Shown here one piece after another: positions 24,711 to 37,239 of a DNA stretch of 64,000 bases. The position numbers and the translations under genes are program-made. This DNA is from Raillietiella orientalis (Eukaryota). The first letter of the stretch is position 1; each line of letters starts with the position of its first letter. The notes under the pieces are model-generated. The model was not told where the DNA came from and made no database searches. It was given only the letters and a program-made list of their open reading frames with translations. The stretch lies in assembly GCA_036172245.1 (NCBI GenBank), contig JAYWIR010000012.1:1426001-1490000 (forward strand), written 5' to 3'.

Positions 24711-25969
24711 GGTTGTATTGGGACGCGGGCGACGGAGCAGCCCAGAGTCCGAACTTTGCCCGCGGTTCGCTGCACGTGACGACAGAACTCCGCTCTGCGA
24801 TGCGCATCGATGGAACGGCGGACTCCTGCCGGCTGCCTCGAGGGACGACGGCGTCCGGCTTCGCGGCGGCCGAGTCCAGCTCCATCCGCTCCTGGGCCGT
24901 ACCGGCATTTGTCTTCTGGCGTAGCCCCAGTAGGATTCGGGTGACTAAGGAATGGGAGGTGAGCCCTATTGTGCTGTGCTAATGACTGGATGAAAAACGC
25001 AGGCAGGGACTTTGATGATTCGACGGGAATGGGCGTGTTAAGGGGAGTTTGGAAGTGAATGATTGCCTTGACGAGGCTTACCTTTCAGCCGAGTCCCTCC
25101 GTTCCGGTTATTTAGAGGCGCTTAGCTTCCAAAACGGAGGAAGCATCAAATATCTACAAAGATGCAGCAGCTTCCATTAAGGATGTCGCCCGTCGGAAGA
25201 GTGACGCTCATTTGTCTTTGGGTGCGTGGAAGTCGTGCATCACTGCCGGCGTAAATCCGTCCGCGGAAGGAAAGTCGCTTGGTTTGCTGGGAGGACTCCG
25301 CTGGCGAAGAAGGAGCGGTGGGCGGTGCATGGGGTACAGGAACTCAGGGAGACCACCAGAGGGAACCATCCAACGCGAAGATGGACGCAAGTTGGTCGAC
25401 GGGGACAGCGGAGGCGATTCTGTCGAAGACAGGCTCGTGGCAACTTCCAAGAATTTGCATCTGCACTCTCGGAGGTCAGTCGACTAATAAAAGTTTACCC
25501 TCAAAGAGCATCCGTTACATATGTCGACCCACGGACTGGGGCACTCAACGCTGACAAACCAGAGGAAGAGGCAGCTGGAGTGTCAGCCGAAAAGTAGATC
25601 ACCAGCGGATGCAGTGCCACTGGGAAGATGTTGGACACTCCTGCCGTTAGAATGGGAGGTGGCGTAGAGTAATCCGCTTCCTCCGTTGCCTTGTACCATC
25701 TAAAGCCACATAGAAATCCATTCCTCTCAGCTTAATATCTGACATGCCATCTATTTGGAGGTCGTTAAGCCGCTTTCTGGAAGTAGACGGGATGACTGGA
25801 GCTTGCTCCTCTCCTATAGCGGAGCTGCAGTGCCTCCGGGATCGGCCCGCTACTCCCCTTCACTGGAAGACCATCATGCAGATGCAAAGATCAACGTTCC
25901 GTGTGCTGTTCCGAAACAGTAGTTTGCCGCACTGGATGTCGGATGGGAAGCTGCGACGGATGATCTGAG

Positions 25970-26440
25970 CGTTAGTTCGAAACTTTTCGTCTCGGAAGCC
26001 CAACTGAAGATGGGTGTCAACTGGATTCCGGGATGGCCGGTGGTGGAGGAGAGACTAGTTCCGTAAGGCGAGGTTACCGGGGAAATCCCTGCGGAGAGCA
26101 ACGCTTTGGTGCTTCTGCGTCCCTGTGAAGGCAGGTGGCGAGAGCGGGATCGCGTTCCGACGGTCCGATGAAGTGGACGGTGGGAAAGAAGACGCTTCCT
26201 CGGGCATTGGCTGGAAAAGCGGAAAGCCCAGGATAGAGAATTCGAATCCAAAGGTCTAGGAAGGGTCAGAAAAGGGCAGAGCAAGAGACCATCGCAAACG
26301 AGCATTTCCGACTCGTCTACAGTCGCGCAGTAGTCACGGAGGTCGGCAAGCGCTTGATGACTCGCACTCTCGCATCCCAAAGTTTCCGATCTGATCTGGG
26401 ATGCGAATCATCGCCTTCAGAATTCGCCTGTTGAGTCTGT
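25970..26440 (-). mobile_element. Possible RT remnant of a different (non-L1) LINE clade
   Basis: EGDD (YADD-like), HQALADLRDYC (LQxxLxxLxxWC-like), HPGIQLTPIFSW (YLGIxLDxxLSW-like); weak. Confidence 0.3.
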
Positions 26441-26877
26441 TGGCTGGTCAATAGCAAGCTGTCAATGCACGAAGAGTCTTCACGGAAACGGATGCTCTTT
26501 TACATTCCATCTCTTCGCCGCGTAGCGCGACTTGAAAGGCAAGGAAGTTTCTTGAGGATGCAAAGGAAGAAGAATTCCTGAAGGGTCGAGGACCCTCGCT
26601 TTGAAGGAGGAAGCTATGCGAGGCTAAAGATCCCTCCGGTACCGACTTTCTCAGTCAGGTGTTTTCGACTTGAAACTTTCCGATTACTGGATCTGGGTTC
26701 GGCGTCACTCCTTGCTGTCCTTTCTGCTCTTGGACTGTGTAAAATCCACCAAAAGTGGATGTCCTGGAGCGAACATTGGGAGGGATTCTGTCGGTTTCTG
26801 ATTCGAGAGCTGCTATGGCAAGTCGCTCTTTGTAACATAGGAGACGCCCAAATTTTCCAAGAGTAGCCACACGGCAC

Positions 26878-27245
26878 GCGTTGGTGACCGCGTGGCTGCG
26901 ACTTCCACTCGTGGCGCCAGGTGTCGCGGGTTCGAATCCCTCCCGGGGAAGGATCGACGCCAAGAAATGGATGCGTCGTGGGTTTCGAGTTCTCATCCCC
27001 GCAGGATGGCGCTGGTTGGCTTCTTCGGATGCGGAACTAGTGGAAGCCGGATGTCCTATTTACTGGCCGAGATTGGAAGGGGAACCTCCGGGTCCTTCCA
27101 GGAATCAATGAGCCCTTCGGATTTGCCTGCGGCTGTGAATACGAACCTTCCAGCGCATACCATGCAGCTGGTTGATACCCCCTTCAGAGATTGTCTCTAT
27201 AGAGTGCTACAGAAGCGCGCTGCTCTCTTCGAGATGCGCCCTTCA
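26878..27245 (+). mobile_element. SINE-like element, 5' half with tRNA-like head
   Basis: GCGTTGGTGACCGCGTGGCT A-box-like, GTCGCGGGTTCGAATCCC B-box, second GTCGTGGGTTTCGAGTTCTC motif; body colinear with other copies. Confidence 0.8.
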
Positions 27246-27249
27246 GAGA

Positions 27250-27800
27250 GAGAGGGAAAAAAAATCCTCAAGGGCGCAGCGGCACGGAGGAAAGACGGAC
27301 TCGCCGAACGGGAGTTTGCAGCGAAGGGTGCAATTCGAGCGCTGCATTCCTCTCCCCGGGCGTGAAGATCGGTCCAAGTTCTCCTGAGTTTCCGGGTCGA
27401 GAGGCTTATGTTTAAGCTGCTCACCCTGGAGAATGAGAGGTGGAAGGGTCACCATGTCATTTATGCACCACGTGAGAGAAAAAGTTCGTGGGGTGGTGAA
27501 ATGTTGAGCGGGCGTTGTGGTAGACATTGGACCACGTCTCCTATTATCGCAGATGTGGTCAAGCGCGTTCGACCCTTCCGTGACTCTTATGGGGTGCACG
27601 CGGCCTTCTCCTCGATACGATGCTTGGCGACAGGTTGCACGGGGCGAGGGGGACTGCGAGAGAGCCGAGTTTCGATCCGGGATATTCGCGCGTATCCAGG
27701 CGCTCGTAGGCGGCGAAAGTCATCTTCCGACGAACGGAGTTGGCCTCCCTGGGAAGTCATCATCAGATGGAGAGCTCACCGCACTTTTGTAGTTTCTTCA
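27250..27800 (+). mobile_element. Decayed LINE APE endonuclease fragment
   Basis: VIYAPRERKSSW...PIIADV in ORF 27408..27860 (VYAP...GDFN-like spacing). Confidence 0.45.
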
Positions 27801-30005
27801 GCATCAGCTGGCTTGCATTCGCCGAAGAGAGGACAAGGCCAAGGGAAACAAAGAGCCTAGGCCTAAGCGTCCAGAAAAGTGAAAGTTAATGAACGGTGCT
27901 ATCATTAAGGGATGGAGGAGGCCTGCCGCAAAGTGGTTCCCTCTTGATTTCCTCTGCAGCGAAATTTTTGACGTTTCCCCCCCTCAGGACCGATTCTTCC
28001 TGAAGTGGAACAAGGAGGGAAGTTCGTGGGCAGGCCGGAGAGATAAGTCAAACGAATCAGGACCGCACGCTTTCCACGGGAGAAATCACTTCCAGCGGCT
28101 GATGCTGAGATGACCCTTCCCCCCTCCCTCCGTCTCTCTCTGTTTTTTCTTTCTTTCGATAGAGCGTATATTCCAGCTGGTTCGATTCCGCCACGGAGAG
28201 AAGCACCAAATGACGCAGCAGAAGAATCGATACGTATAGCTCCGTGATGACGGCCCATACACACCACCAGTCTCCGGAAAGACACGGTTCGGGGGAGCGG
28301 AAGTGCCGTGACGGTGCGAGGGAAACGAATTTTTTCCTTCAGCCCGAATGGTTCATCTGCATTTTCAGAGAGCTGTACATAGGCAAATTAGGGAAGCGTC
28401 GAGAAGATTATTAATCTTGGAGAAATCCCATTCCGGCTGCCTCAGTTGCTATGCCAGACGAGAGGATTTCTCGGTAGGGCGAGCGACACCCAGCAATGTG
28501 ATTAATGGCGAACGGAATCTGGATTCTCGAGCCTAAAGTGAGGTCTTCGGTGGGAGGTGGCGGTGGGGCCTGGGAGGGAGTCGCTAGGTGAGGATTTCTG
28601 GGAGGGCAGGAAGCGTTCGGCTGCGCGACGTGGTCTGTCGGAAGAAACCTGCCTGCTCACCCACTCCTCTTGCGCTCGCTCGGTTTGTTGAGAGGAAGCC
28701 ACCAACGAGATCAAAGGATTCTTCAGCCCCACGACCGCGAACCGAGGGAAATCAAGCAAATGTGGGTTGAGTTCCCCAATTTTCTGTTCACCAACTGCTC
28801 GTGATGCGTTGCCAAGCGCAAGATTCGAACGGCAACTCCCGGTTTCTCGCGCAGTCCAAAAGTCCGCGCGCTCCACCGTGTCTGAGGGCGAAGGCCAGGC
28901 TGCACAGTTCGTTTCGATAAGAGAATGGCGCCGCCCGCAGCTGACAAGGCACCGAAGAACTGAGGAGCGGATTGGATGAAGGACACTGGGAGGAAAGCGG
29001 AATAGCTGAAGGGAAGGAATGAAGTGGTACGCATTGAGCGTCAAACCGACTCGGATGTAAGTGAAGAGGAATTCGAATTTCGTGCCCTGGCAACACTGGA
29101 ACTCCGAAGCAGTGAGTTTCCTTTTCGCTGCGGACGGCAGATTTCTGCGAGAATGCTGTTAACTCGAGGAACAAGATGGAACTCATCCTGAGTGTCAGAC
29201 CGGGCCTTACTGACTCCATCTCGAGTTGGTTACTGGTAACCGCATGTTGAACTATGAACGGAGACATGAAGATGTCTTCCAGTCCAAAGGAAAAGACATC
29301 ATACACGGAAGCGGGCGTTTCTTGTTATTCGAAGAGCGATAATGACTAGCGTTCCCCATTGCCATCTGTCAAACTTGATCTCGTTTGGAACGATTGCTGA
29401 CCATGCTATTCGGTAGTGAATGCAAGTGTTTTTTCTTCGGCTATGCTGATGAAGTCATCCTGTATTCAGACGTGGCTTTGGGGGAAGAGGGAGTAGGGAT
29501 AGATATTGGTAGACTACCGGCAAAGTTCTAACGGCTCTGATAGAGGATGTCGCACGATTTTGTGGGAACCGAAAAACCAAGCGCCTGCCTCCAAGAGTAC
29601 TGCACTATCATCGGGTCAGCAGATCTGAGAAATGAGACGATACGAGTGGCGTCCAACCTCCGAGGGGGACATGTCTCTGCTCACTTTCATGTATCCCTGT
29701 CAAAAGGGAGGAACACATCACCTGAAATGTACATATCCAGCCTTATCTCTCGATTGAGGCAAGGACCCGGTTGACAGATGCTGCATGGCGTCACGGGATG
29801 AGCTCAGGCTGGAAGCAGGAACTTTGCCAAACAGGACAGGGACGATTTTTAGTTTAAATTTGCGAGGGGTTACTTCAAATGCTGCTCTTGGTCATCAGGA
29901 TCTACTATTAGACTTGAGGCAGCCATGACGTGACACCAGAAAATGGATGCTGCGATCTCTAAAGTCAATATGACGCTTTCGGTTAAGGGCACGTCTAACA
30001 GGTTA

Positions 30006-30410
30006 TTAACAGGGGCAGGGATGGGCTACGCCCCGCAGAAAGCTGTGAATAGAAAAAATCGCGGAATCCATGATTAGAGCCAACAAGAGAAAATGGCAGC
30101 ATGCAATATACCAAAGATTGAATAAAGGTGTAAGTACAATAGAAATGCAATAGAAATAGAGATCAAGATAGAAGATTATAAGGAAATTAGTTTTCGCTTT
30201 TCGGACGAAGAATTGATGAATGGGGTGGTTGTGATCTTTGTGATCCGTGGAGTTAAATAGCATTAGCCGTAGGATTTCGGGAGCAAGGATGAGCGGATAT
30301 TCTATAGGGGCTCGTGAGGAGTCGAATAAAAGAATTGGTCTAGCATAAAACCATTTTCAAAGGAAAGAGACGAATGGTAAGGTTCCTAATAAAGTAAAAA
30401 GGGATTATAT
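30006..30410 (-). pseudogene. AT-rich island, possible decayed mitochondrial nad2 (NUMT) fragment
   Basis: Locally AT-rich; hydrophobic frame IEYPLILAPEILRLMLFNSTD...NFLIIFYLDL...IACCHFLLLALIMDSAIF resembles, from memory, the non-animal Nad2 motifs EYPILI..LGMLL.S.ND, LAIEL and EAGLKYFILGA; one in-frame TGA. Confidence 0.3.
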
Positions 30411-33199
30411 TGATGGTTTGAATGCAGATCTCATTTTTACAAGAGGTATCGAGGATATCTTGTTCCACTTTTTCCTCTCAAAGGCGCAGCAGCACCGGCG
30501 TTTTGTTGCTTCGAATTGAAGGCCCCGGTTGAAGAGGAGAATACGCGAAGGGTAATGACGTGTTCTTTCTGAGCGCAGCTAATTTGAAGCAAGGAGGATT
30601 CGATAGCGCTCGGCCTCGTTTGTGGAAGGGTTTTTTCCTCTTTCCAGCTCAGGAGGAGGGAGGGGTCGCGACAAATCGTGCAGCAGCTGCTCAAGGGTTG
30701 CTGATGGCTGGTTTGACCTCAGCAGCAGATTACGAGCAGCCCTTTCGTAGGGGTGTACCTCCTGAGACCTCAGTTGCCACGAATGACTAAGTGGTAGCAC
30801 GGTGAGATCTTCGAAGGGACGAGGTGAAAAATTCTTACTCTGATTCAGCACACTCGCGAGAGCACTGAAGAAGGAAGGGAAGCCTCACATTCAAGAAGCG
30901 GCGCTGTCTTCCTGCTCTCCCTGACGGGGGTTCGATGGCAGACAGAAGCATTCAGAAAGGAACCAGCAAACCCTTTGCTCCCAGTTTCAGAATGAAGGAA
31001 ACACAGAACCAGTTGAACGGCTATCGGCGTCGATGACAAGAGAACTTGCAAATGCCAACCCCAGTCATTCGTCCAGCAATGGGATCGAAGCAGATGGCAA
31101 TAACCCATGGAAAAACAGTCCAAATGCAAGGTGGAGAAAAGGCTCTAGATCGACGTCTGAGACTGGGATTCATGATGGATAAGGTTACTCTGATTCAGAT
31201 TAATGGACCTGCGACCACTGGTTCAATGAGACCGCCATCAGCGCAGCCCCCATAAAGGACTGGAGGTCAAAACGAGCACCATGTTAGCAAAAAACACTCT
31301 CAGAGTTTGGAGGGATGCAAGAAAGGGATGCTGATTTTGAACACGGGAGGAGAAGGAAGTTTAGGTACAGGTGCAGAGTTGAGGTGTGCAGAGTTCCCGC
31401 CACTCCAGAGGAAAGTCTCAGGCTGCGGAAGCCCTCGCCAAGCACAGTCGGTGGAGGGTGACTTGGCCACGTTTTTGCGGTGGATGGAGCTGCGCGAGGT
31501 GCTTCTCGCACAACCTTGGGGCGAGCCTCGAAAACTTCCGATTCCTGGATTCCTTCCCGTCATTCGGGCAGATTCCCTGCGAGGGGAAAGGGGCGCCTCC
31601 GGTGCGCGCCTCTTTTTTGTTCTTGGAGGAATGGCGCAAGGTGCTTAGCAGATGAGAGAACGAAGGAGCGGACCGCCGCGTGAGGGATGGCGCAGCTCCT
31701 GTGGTTCTTGCGCTGTCCTTCGGCAGAAGGACCAAGCCGTGCTCGTGGATCACTCGCGTCCGCCATCCGCTTTGATCCAGGACGCGATTCCCGTACAGAG
31801 GGGAAGGCACTTTCAAGAGCTTTTCGCTCTTTGTCTTTGTCGCTAGCTCGGAGTGCGAGTTTACCATAAATTCCGGCAAATTAAGGGTGAGTGGGAAGGG
31901 GAGATGCACAGCTCTCGTGGTCATTGAACGGACCATGGATCGGTGGACAGGGCGCTCGCGTGATCGGCGGTTGTGAGCTAGCAGCGTCTTCATCGTCTTC
32001 CAGCCCTAGCATCGGCGAAGGTGCGTGGCGTCCATAAAGGTCTTCCAGCCCTCATCCGGGACCGCAGTCTCCAGTTCGCTCGTCCGGGAGCGCAAAGTTC
32101 CCGCAAGATGCCTCTTCCGTTCACTCTGGCACCGCCGTCCCGCAATCCCCGAGTGTTCAAGCCGCACGGAGATGAGAGCGAACTTCAATCTCCTTGGACG
32201 AGTGAAAGGCGCCCACATATGGACCCTATCTGCTTGTAAAGTGGGACGCCGGGCTGGAATGGGGTCCCCTCTCCCATTCCGTGCTCCCGCAGATTCAATC
32301 TGCCGATACGCAAGGAAAAGGATTTTCGAGCTCGGGGAAATTTGATCCCGGTGCCGCGCATTTCCGCTTCGGAGTCTCCTGGAACAGCGCGCCGCCGGCG
32401 GCGGGAAACACGACACCTCCTTCCGCGTCACAGGGAACGTCACTTTGCCGTCCCGCTGACGATTCCAGGGCTTTTCCGTCACGAAGGGAGTCCGCGCCCT
32501 GGACTCCCACGTTATTGCTTCACGGGGACGAAGGAGAAATGTTTCGCGAGATCCCTCGGGAACTCCTGAACTCAGACTCTGTGCTCCGAAGATGAAGAAG
32601 GCAGCTGTCTTATTAATGATTGATGGGCCGCCCAAGTTTCGGAGTCCCAGTCCGGCCCCGCGAGCTGCATTCGAAAATCCTGGACCCTTCTGTGGCGAGC
32701 TGACCTGGTGGCAGGTGGAGTCGCGTCCTTCGCAGATTGGCTCTCGTGGAACTTCGAGCTCGTCCTGCGCACTGCGTTGCGGGGTCGCAGTGGTCACCCT
32801 TGTCGAGGTCGGCTCCACTTCAGGAGGATGCAGCTTCCGTTTCCTAGTTCTCGCAGGGAGCGAGTCTCCAGTTAGACAAGGACAACGTGACGGATGTCTG
32901 AGTGCTACTGCCATCTCCCGTCGCTGGAGCTAAACACGAGAGAGTGGACTCTTCGAGAGGATCCAGCACAAAGATCCTCTGGGATTTCGTTCCGAAGCCC
33001 GTGGATTCTCGGAACTTTCGAAAACTCTCCAACGACGCCGGCTGCTAGGAGGTCGGCGCCACCGGCCTCTGTCGCCGCCGATGGACGACAGCAGTCCGTC
33101 CAACGTCTTTCCGGCTCACCGAGAGCGTCTCCCCATTCCTCCCCGGAAGGGTGGGACGCCACCGCGCTTCTGCGGAATTGTGGTAACTCTGCTGCACGT

Positions 33200-33350
33200 T
33201 CTTGTATGCGAAAGAACCCGTTTGCAGAAAGGCCGATCCCCTTTTCGGTAGCCTCCCCTCCGGCCACCTTCTGCCACGTGCGAGCGGTGGTGACCGCACG
33301 AACAAGTGGAGGGCGTGGCCACTGTCATCCCGGGACCCGTTCGCAACCTC
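33200..33350 (+). mobile_element. LINE RT domain-1 remnant
   Basis: HLLPRASGGDRTNKWRAWPLSSRD resembles LLPKxGD..NWRPISLLNxD; nucleotide similarity to 43955-44035. Confidence 0.4.
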
Positions 33351-34524
33351 CATCTCCCACACGAGGAGGGCGTCGAAACGGGGTGTGCGATGCAGGGGAT
33401 CCCTCAGGCTATTGCGAACATGCTGAACACACCCGGCCTTCCGTTTCTTCCTTCCCCGAAGCGGGACCTCGGCTGATCGTGCTGAGTGCAGCGAGACCGA
33501 TCGATTTCCATTCCCTCCATTCCTGTACCCTGCGAGGGCGGCCCCTCTGGGCATGGGCTGACACACGCTGGTCCCCAACTGCATTCCCTTTCATTTCTCA
33601 GCTCGTGTTGGATAAATCAGCGCGGCGGTCCAGGACGAGGAGACGGCAGTCCTCCCGGCAGTCGCCATGGGCCCACGGCACGAGCTCGGCAGCTGGTCCC
33701 TGGAACCTTCACGAGGCGGTCGAGGCTTTCCCCCTGTCTAACCCGGCCACGCCCCGTCTGGCCGGATGTCCCCTTAAACGAGGCTGGAGGAGAGTCTGGC
33801 CGGTGACTGGCGCGCGCGTTCGGTGGCCGTGAGACCGCGTGCAGACTGCGGGAGCGCCTGCCCCCCCCTTCCCCCTTCCGTTCCTAGATTGGCTCGGCTC
33901 TTCCTTCAGCCAGTCAATCAGCGTGATTTCCCGCCGCGCTGCTCAAGATTCATTTCTTGATCATCCTCGGCATTCTTCATTATCGATTGCCTGCCGTTCC
34001 CGGAATGGGCTATCGAGCTTAAGGGGCTTCGGGTTAAGCAGAGATGAACGCTCGAGATGAACACAAAGAAACATGAAAGTCTAATCAGAGAGAAGCAATT
34101 ATCAGACGGCAAACATCCGACGCACGCATCCTGAATGCGAACGCGAGGGCGCTTGCGTTTCCAAGCACCGAGCACCGGGAGGGAAGAGGAGGAGAAGGGG
34201 TTCGATCTGCCTACCTGTTGGATTCCATCCTGGCATTCGTGAGTAGGAAGGAGGCGCGGAATCCAGGAGCCGAGGCTCGGCACAGTTTCCACATCCGTGC
34301 CCGCGCCTCCTCTGGGAAGGGGGGAGAAAGGTTGGTCCTCTTGCCGGAGCTGGAAGAATGGGGGGAGAGACGCTTCGCGATCTCGCCGCGTCCTCCTCAA
34401 GACAGCACGGGAGTCACCGTCCGCGTCAATTCCGGTTCCACCAAACGCTTGGCGGAGCTAGAGGACAGGCACTCTCGTCGGAGGGGATCCGAGGCGGACG
34501 AAGGCAGCCGGAATGCAACGCCTC

Positions 34525-34935
34525 TTTTTCCACCCGGGTTTGAGGGGCATTTGCTAATAAAAAATACAGTGGCACCCCGGTAGTCGTCGGTAATTCTCTT
34601 CGCAACTCGTGGCGAGTGCCGAAACCAACGAGTACCGAGGTACCACTGGAATGATGAATGTACACTAAATTGTTCAAGTGTGGTGAAACACTTGGCTAAG
34701 CCGCATGCTCGGAACTTGCCACGACCGGTACGTAACCCAGCAAGGTCCGTTTCCACAGAGACAGAGAAAGGAAAACCGAAAGAAAAAAAAGAAAAAGGAA
34801 AGAACGAAAAAGAGGAAAATGGGAGGAAAAGTTTCACTGGAGAGGAGGAGGGAGACCGGGAATGCGATCACTTCGCTGTGAGACGTCCTGAGCATCCTGT
34901 CCAGGATGCTGGCAAGTTCTGTCCGTATCTCCGAA
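34525..34935 (-). mobile_element. LINE 3' end (ORF2 tip, T-rich UTR, terminal motif)
   Basis: Minus strand: RTELASILDRMLRTS matches the ORF2 end of other copies; GCAAGTTCCGAGCAT UTR motif shared with 63130; terminus TTATTAGCAAATGCCCCTCAAACCCGGGTGGAAAAAG. Confidence 0.65.
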
Positions 34936-35745
34936 GACCACTTTCCCTTCAGCTAGGGGTCTCCCCGTTTCCTGAACCATCAGTCGGCATGGCAACGTGT
35001 CTCCTTGCCCCGCGTGTGTGCGACGGACTGTGGTCTCATTCGGCATCGCTCGCTCGCTCTGCATCCGGAAGCGTCACCGACGCCGTGTGGCACGAGGAGC
35101 GGGCTCCGCGGTAAGCGAGAGACGACGCCTTCCAAAAGAAACCCGCCGAAGATCGGGGAAATCGTGGTTCACTCTCTGTTTTTGTTTTCTCTCGAATTCG
35201 AGAAAAACGGGAAGAGGAGACCTCTAGAAATGGTGCCTGGAGAGCTAGTCTGGTGCGTCGCCTTCCCCCACAAGAGTACGAGCGATGTGAATCCCCCTGA
35301 AGAGCGGATCGACCGACGCCTGCTTCTCCACCTGTTAAAGGAATAGAACCATCACCACCCGGTTATGCCGGGGCGTCCTCTGCATCCTGTTCAGGATGCT
35401 GCTGGCAAGTTCCGTCCTTGTCCCGCTCGAGTGGGGCTATCTCGAGGCGGCCTTCAAGAGGATCGCCGCCCAGCGGATGAGGTCCCTGGCATTTCGGCCT
35501 CTTCTTCTGGCCTTCCAGACCTCAGCACGATCCCGCGAACACAGCAGAGAACTGCAAGGGATGCGGTTGGTGGCAGTGCGACACCACGCACAAAAAGGAG
35601 TTTGCAAATGTCCCTGGGGCCATCAACCGTGATTCCTAGAGTCGTCGAGAAGCGATCCCAAAGGGATCGGAGGGCGACATAGTCCAGCAGAAGGTGCAGG
35701 AGGACCTTCTTCTCCCCTTACCTTCCAAAATTGGTATCCATACTC
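34931..35745. repeat. ~815-bp near-identical inverted duplicate of 49320-50134
   Basis: Identical ORF translations (35365..35682 + = 49383..49700 -; 35005..35346 + = 49719..50060 -); ends read from sequence. Confidence 0.95.
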
Positions 35746-35800
35746 GTCTGAGGGACTATGAGGCGGGAGAGGACAACCGGGGGGCCATGCCCCAGCTGTT
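35355..35800 (-). mobile_element. LINE ORF2 C-terminal fragment fused to terminal hairpin
   Basis: LHLLLDYVALRSLW...AVLCCVRGIV zinc-finger remnant; CCCGG-CATAA-CCGGG at 35358-35372. Confidence 0.75.
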
Positions 35801-36984
35801 CGTTGGGCCGGAAGATGAGGCGGCGAGCTGTCAAAGTGACGGCCGAAGCTTGGAGGACGTGAGCAGCTCAATCAGAGGACACAGGTCCTCGGGGAGGACG
35901 TCCAGACTTTCCGGGAGGGGAGAAACCCCGAGCGAGCAGCAGTTCCGGGTTCTCGACCATCGTCCACGCACGGCTTTTCGTCCCGGAAGCCGGAGAAATT
36001 ACTTCCTTCGCTACAAAGGGCAAGGCCCGAACGGCGAGAGCTGCCCACGCTCCCTTGATTGGCTCCGAGGGGTCCGAATGCGTGATGGCTGCCACTTTTT
36101 CAGAGAGAGAAGGGAGGTGAGAGAGGGGGGGGGGGGGAGAAGGGGAGGAAGAAAAACCAAAAAAAAAACAGAACAAAACAGAAAGGAGAAAAAGTGCACA
36201 TCATCATAAATGCATTAATATCGGCGCAGCTACCAAAGTAGGGGAAGCTCTCCGGAGGTTTTCCATCATTAAAGAAGCATTCGCAGCACTCACAGGAAGC
36301 TCCCGTTTCCATGGAAAAAGCTGGCAGAAAGGTATCCGCGCGCTCCCGATCAAAGGAAATTCCGAGCGAAAAAAACAAAAACGAAAAAAACAAGAACCTC
36401 CGAGTTGATTTATAGTTTATCGAATCCGCGTGACTGCAAGACACCGGGAGATAATAATCAGGCATTTGCGGAAGATCAAATCCAATCGCCCGCGCGGAGC
36501 AGACGCGATCCGAGGGGCGTGGAGGTTCATCTCCCCACCGGTGATGCCGAGAGAGCACGTCCATCTCGAAGGCAAGGAGCCTGGCCAGTCGCATCCGGGG
36601 CTGAAAAATGGCTTCATGCATGGATTTCTCCGTTTCCAATCAGAAGGAGGAATTCGGGACCAGTAGGGATACTTCGCCGGAGGACGGCGCATCCCTACTT
36701 TCCTACAGAGGGATCCCGGGGCTCGATCCGAAAAGGCAACGAGAGGAGTAGCTGGAAAGGCTGCTGTCTCGATCACAGACGCTTATTCTTTCCCTCCTCC
36801 TTCCTCCCTCCTCCATGTCTGGTGGCTGATCCTCCGTCCCTACTAGCGGCATCACGAGGGGAGGATGCTCGTGTGAATCTGCGGACTCCATCAGAGCTAC
36901 CGCACACTGAAGCCAACCAAGGCCAGCCAGTATCATCCTCCTGGGAGTAGAGGGGACAGTGCCCGAAGGGACCGAAAGGGTTCC

Positions 36985-37220
36985 ATGGAGATTCTGACCC
37001 TGCATCTTTCCCTCCCGATCTCTCGAGTCCCCGGTTCCCCAGTACTGGTTGTGTCGCGACGCCACCCTGTAGCATCTTCAGCGACCGTCGCCTGCCCATC
37101 CTCGACACACACCCGGGCAAGGAAGCGTGGCCTTTTCCTACCGAAGATGACGCGGAGCAAGGTGGTGCAGCACTTGGGAGACCACATCGTGGGTCGGGCA
37201 CACTTCCTGTCCGAACTTCA
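36985..37220 (+). mobile_element. LINE endonuclease fragment
   Basis: Homologous to 8620-8865 and 40847-41147; DHIVGRAHFLSEL (IVGGDFN-like). Confidence 0.6.
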
Positions 37221-37239
37221 CGAATCCAGATTTTTTCGT

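Noticed and set aside
24959..25002. Intron-like GTGAG...GCTAAT...CAG (44 nt)
   Set aside because: Flanking frames close quickly and give no recognisable protein; no gene model supportable
26878..26950. tRNA gene call for GGTTCGAATCCC-containing sequences (also 6677, 37488, 45440)
   Set aside because: No proper acceptor/anticodon stems and always attached to the same long body; SINE heads rather than tRNA genes
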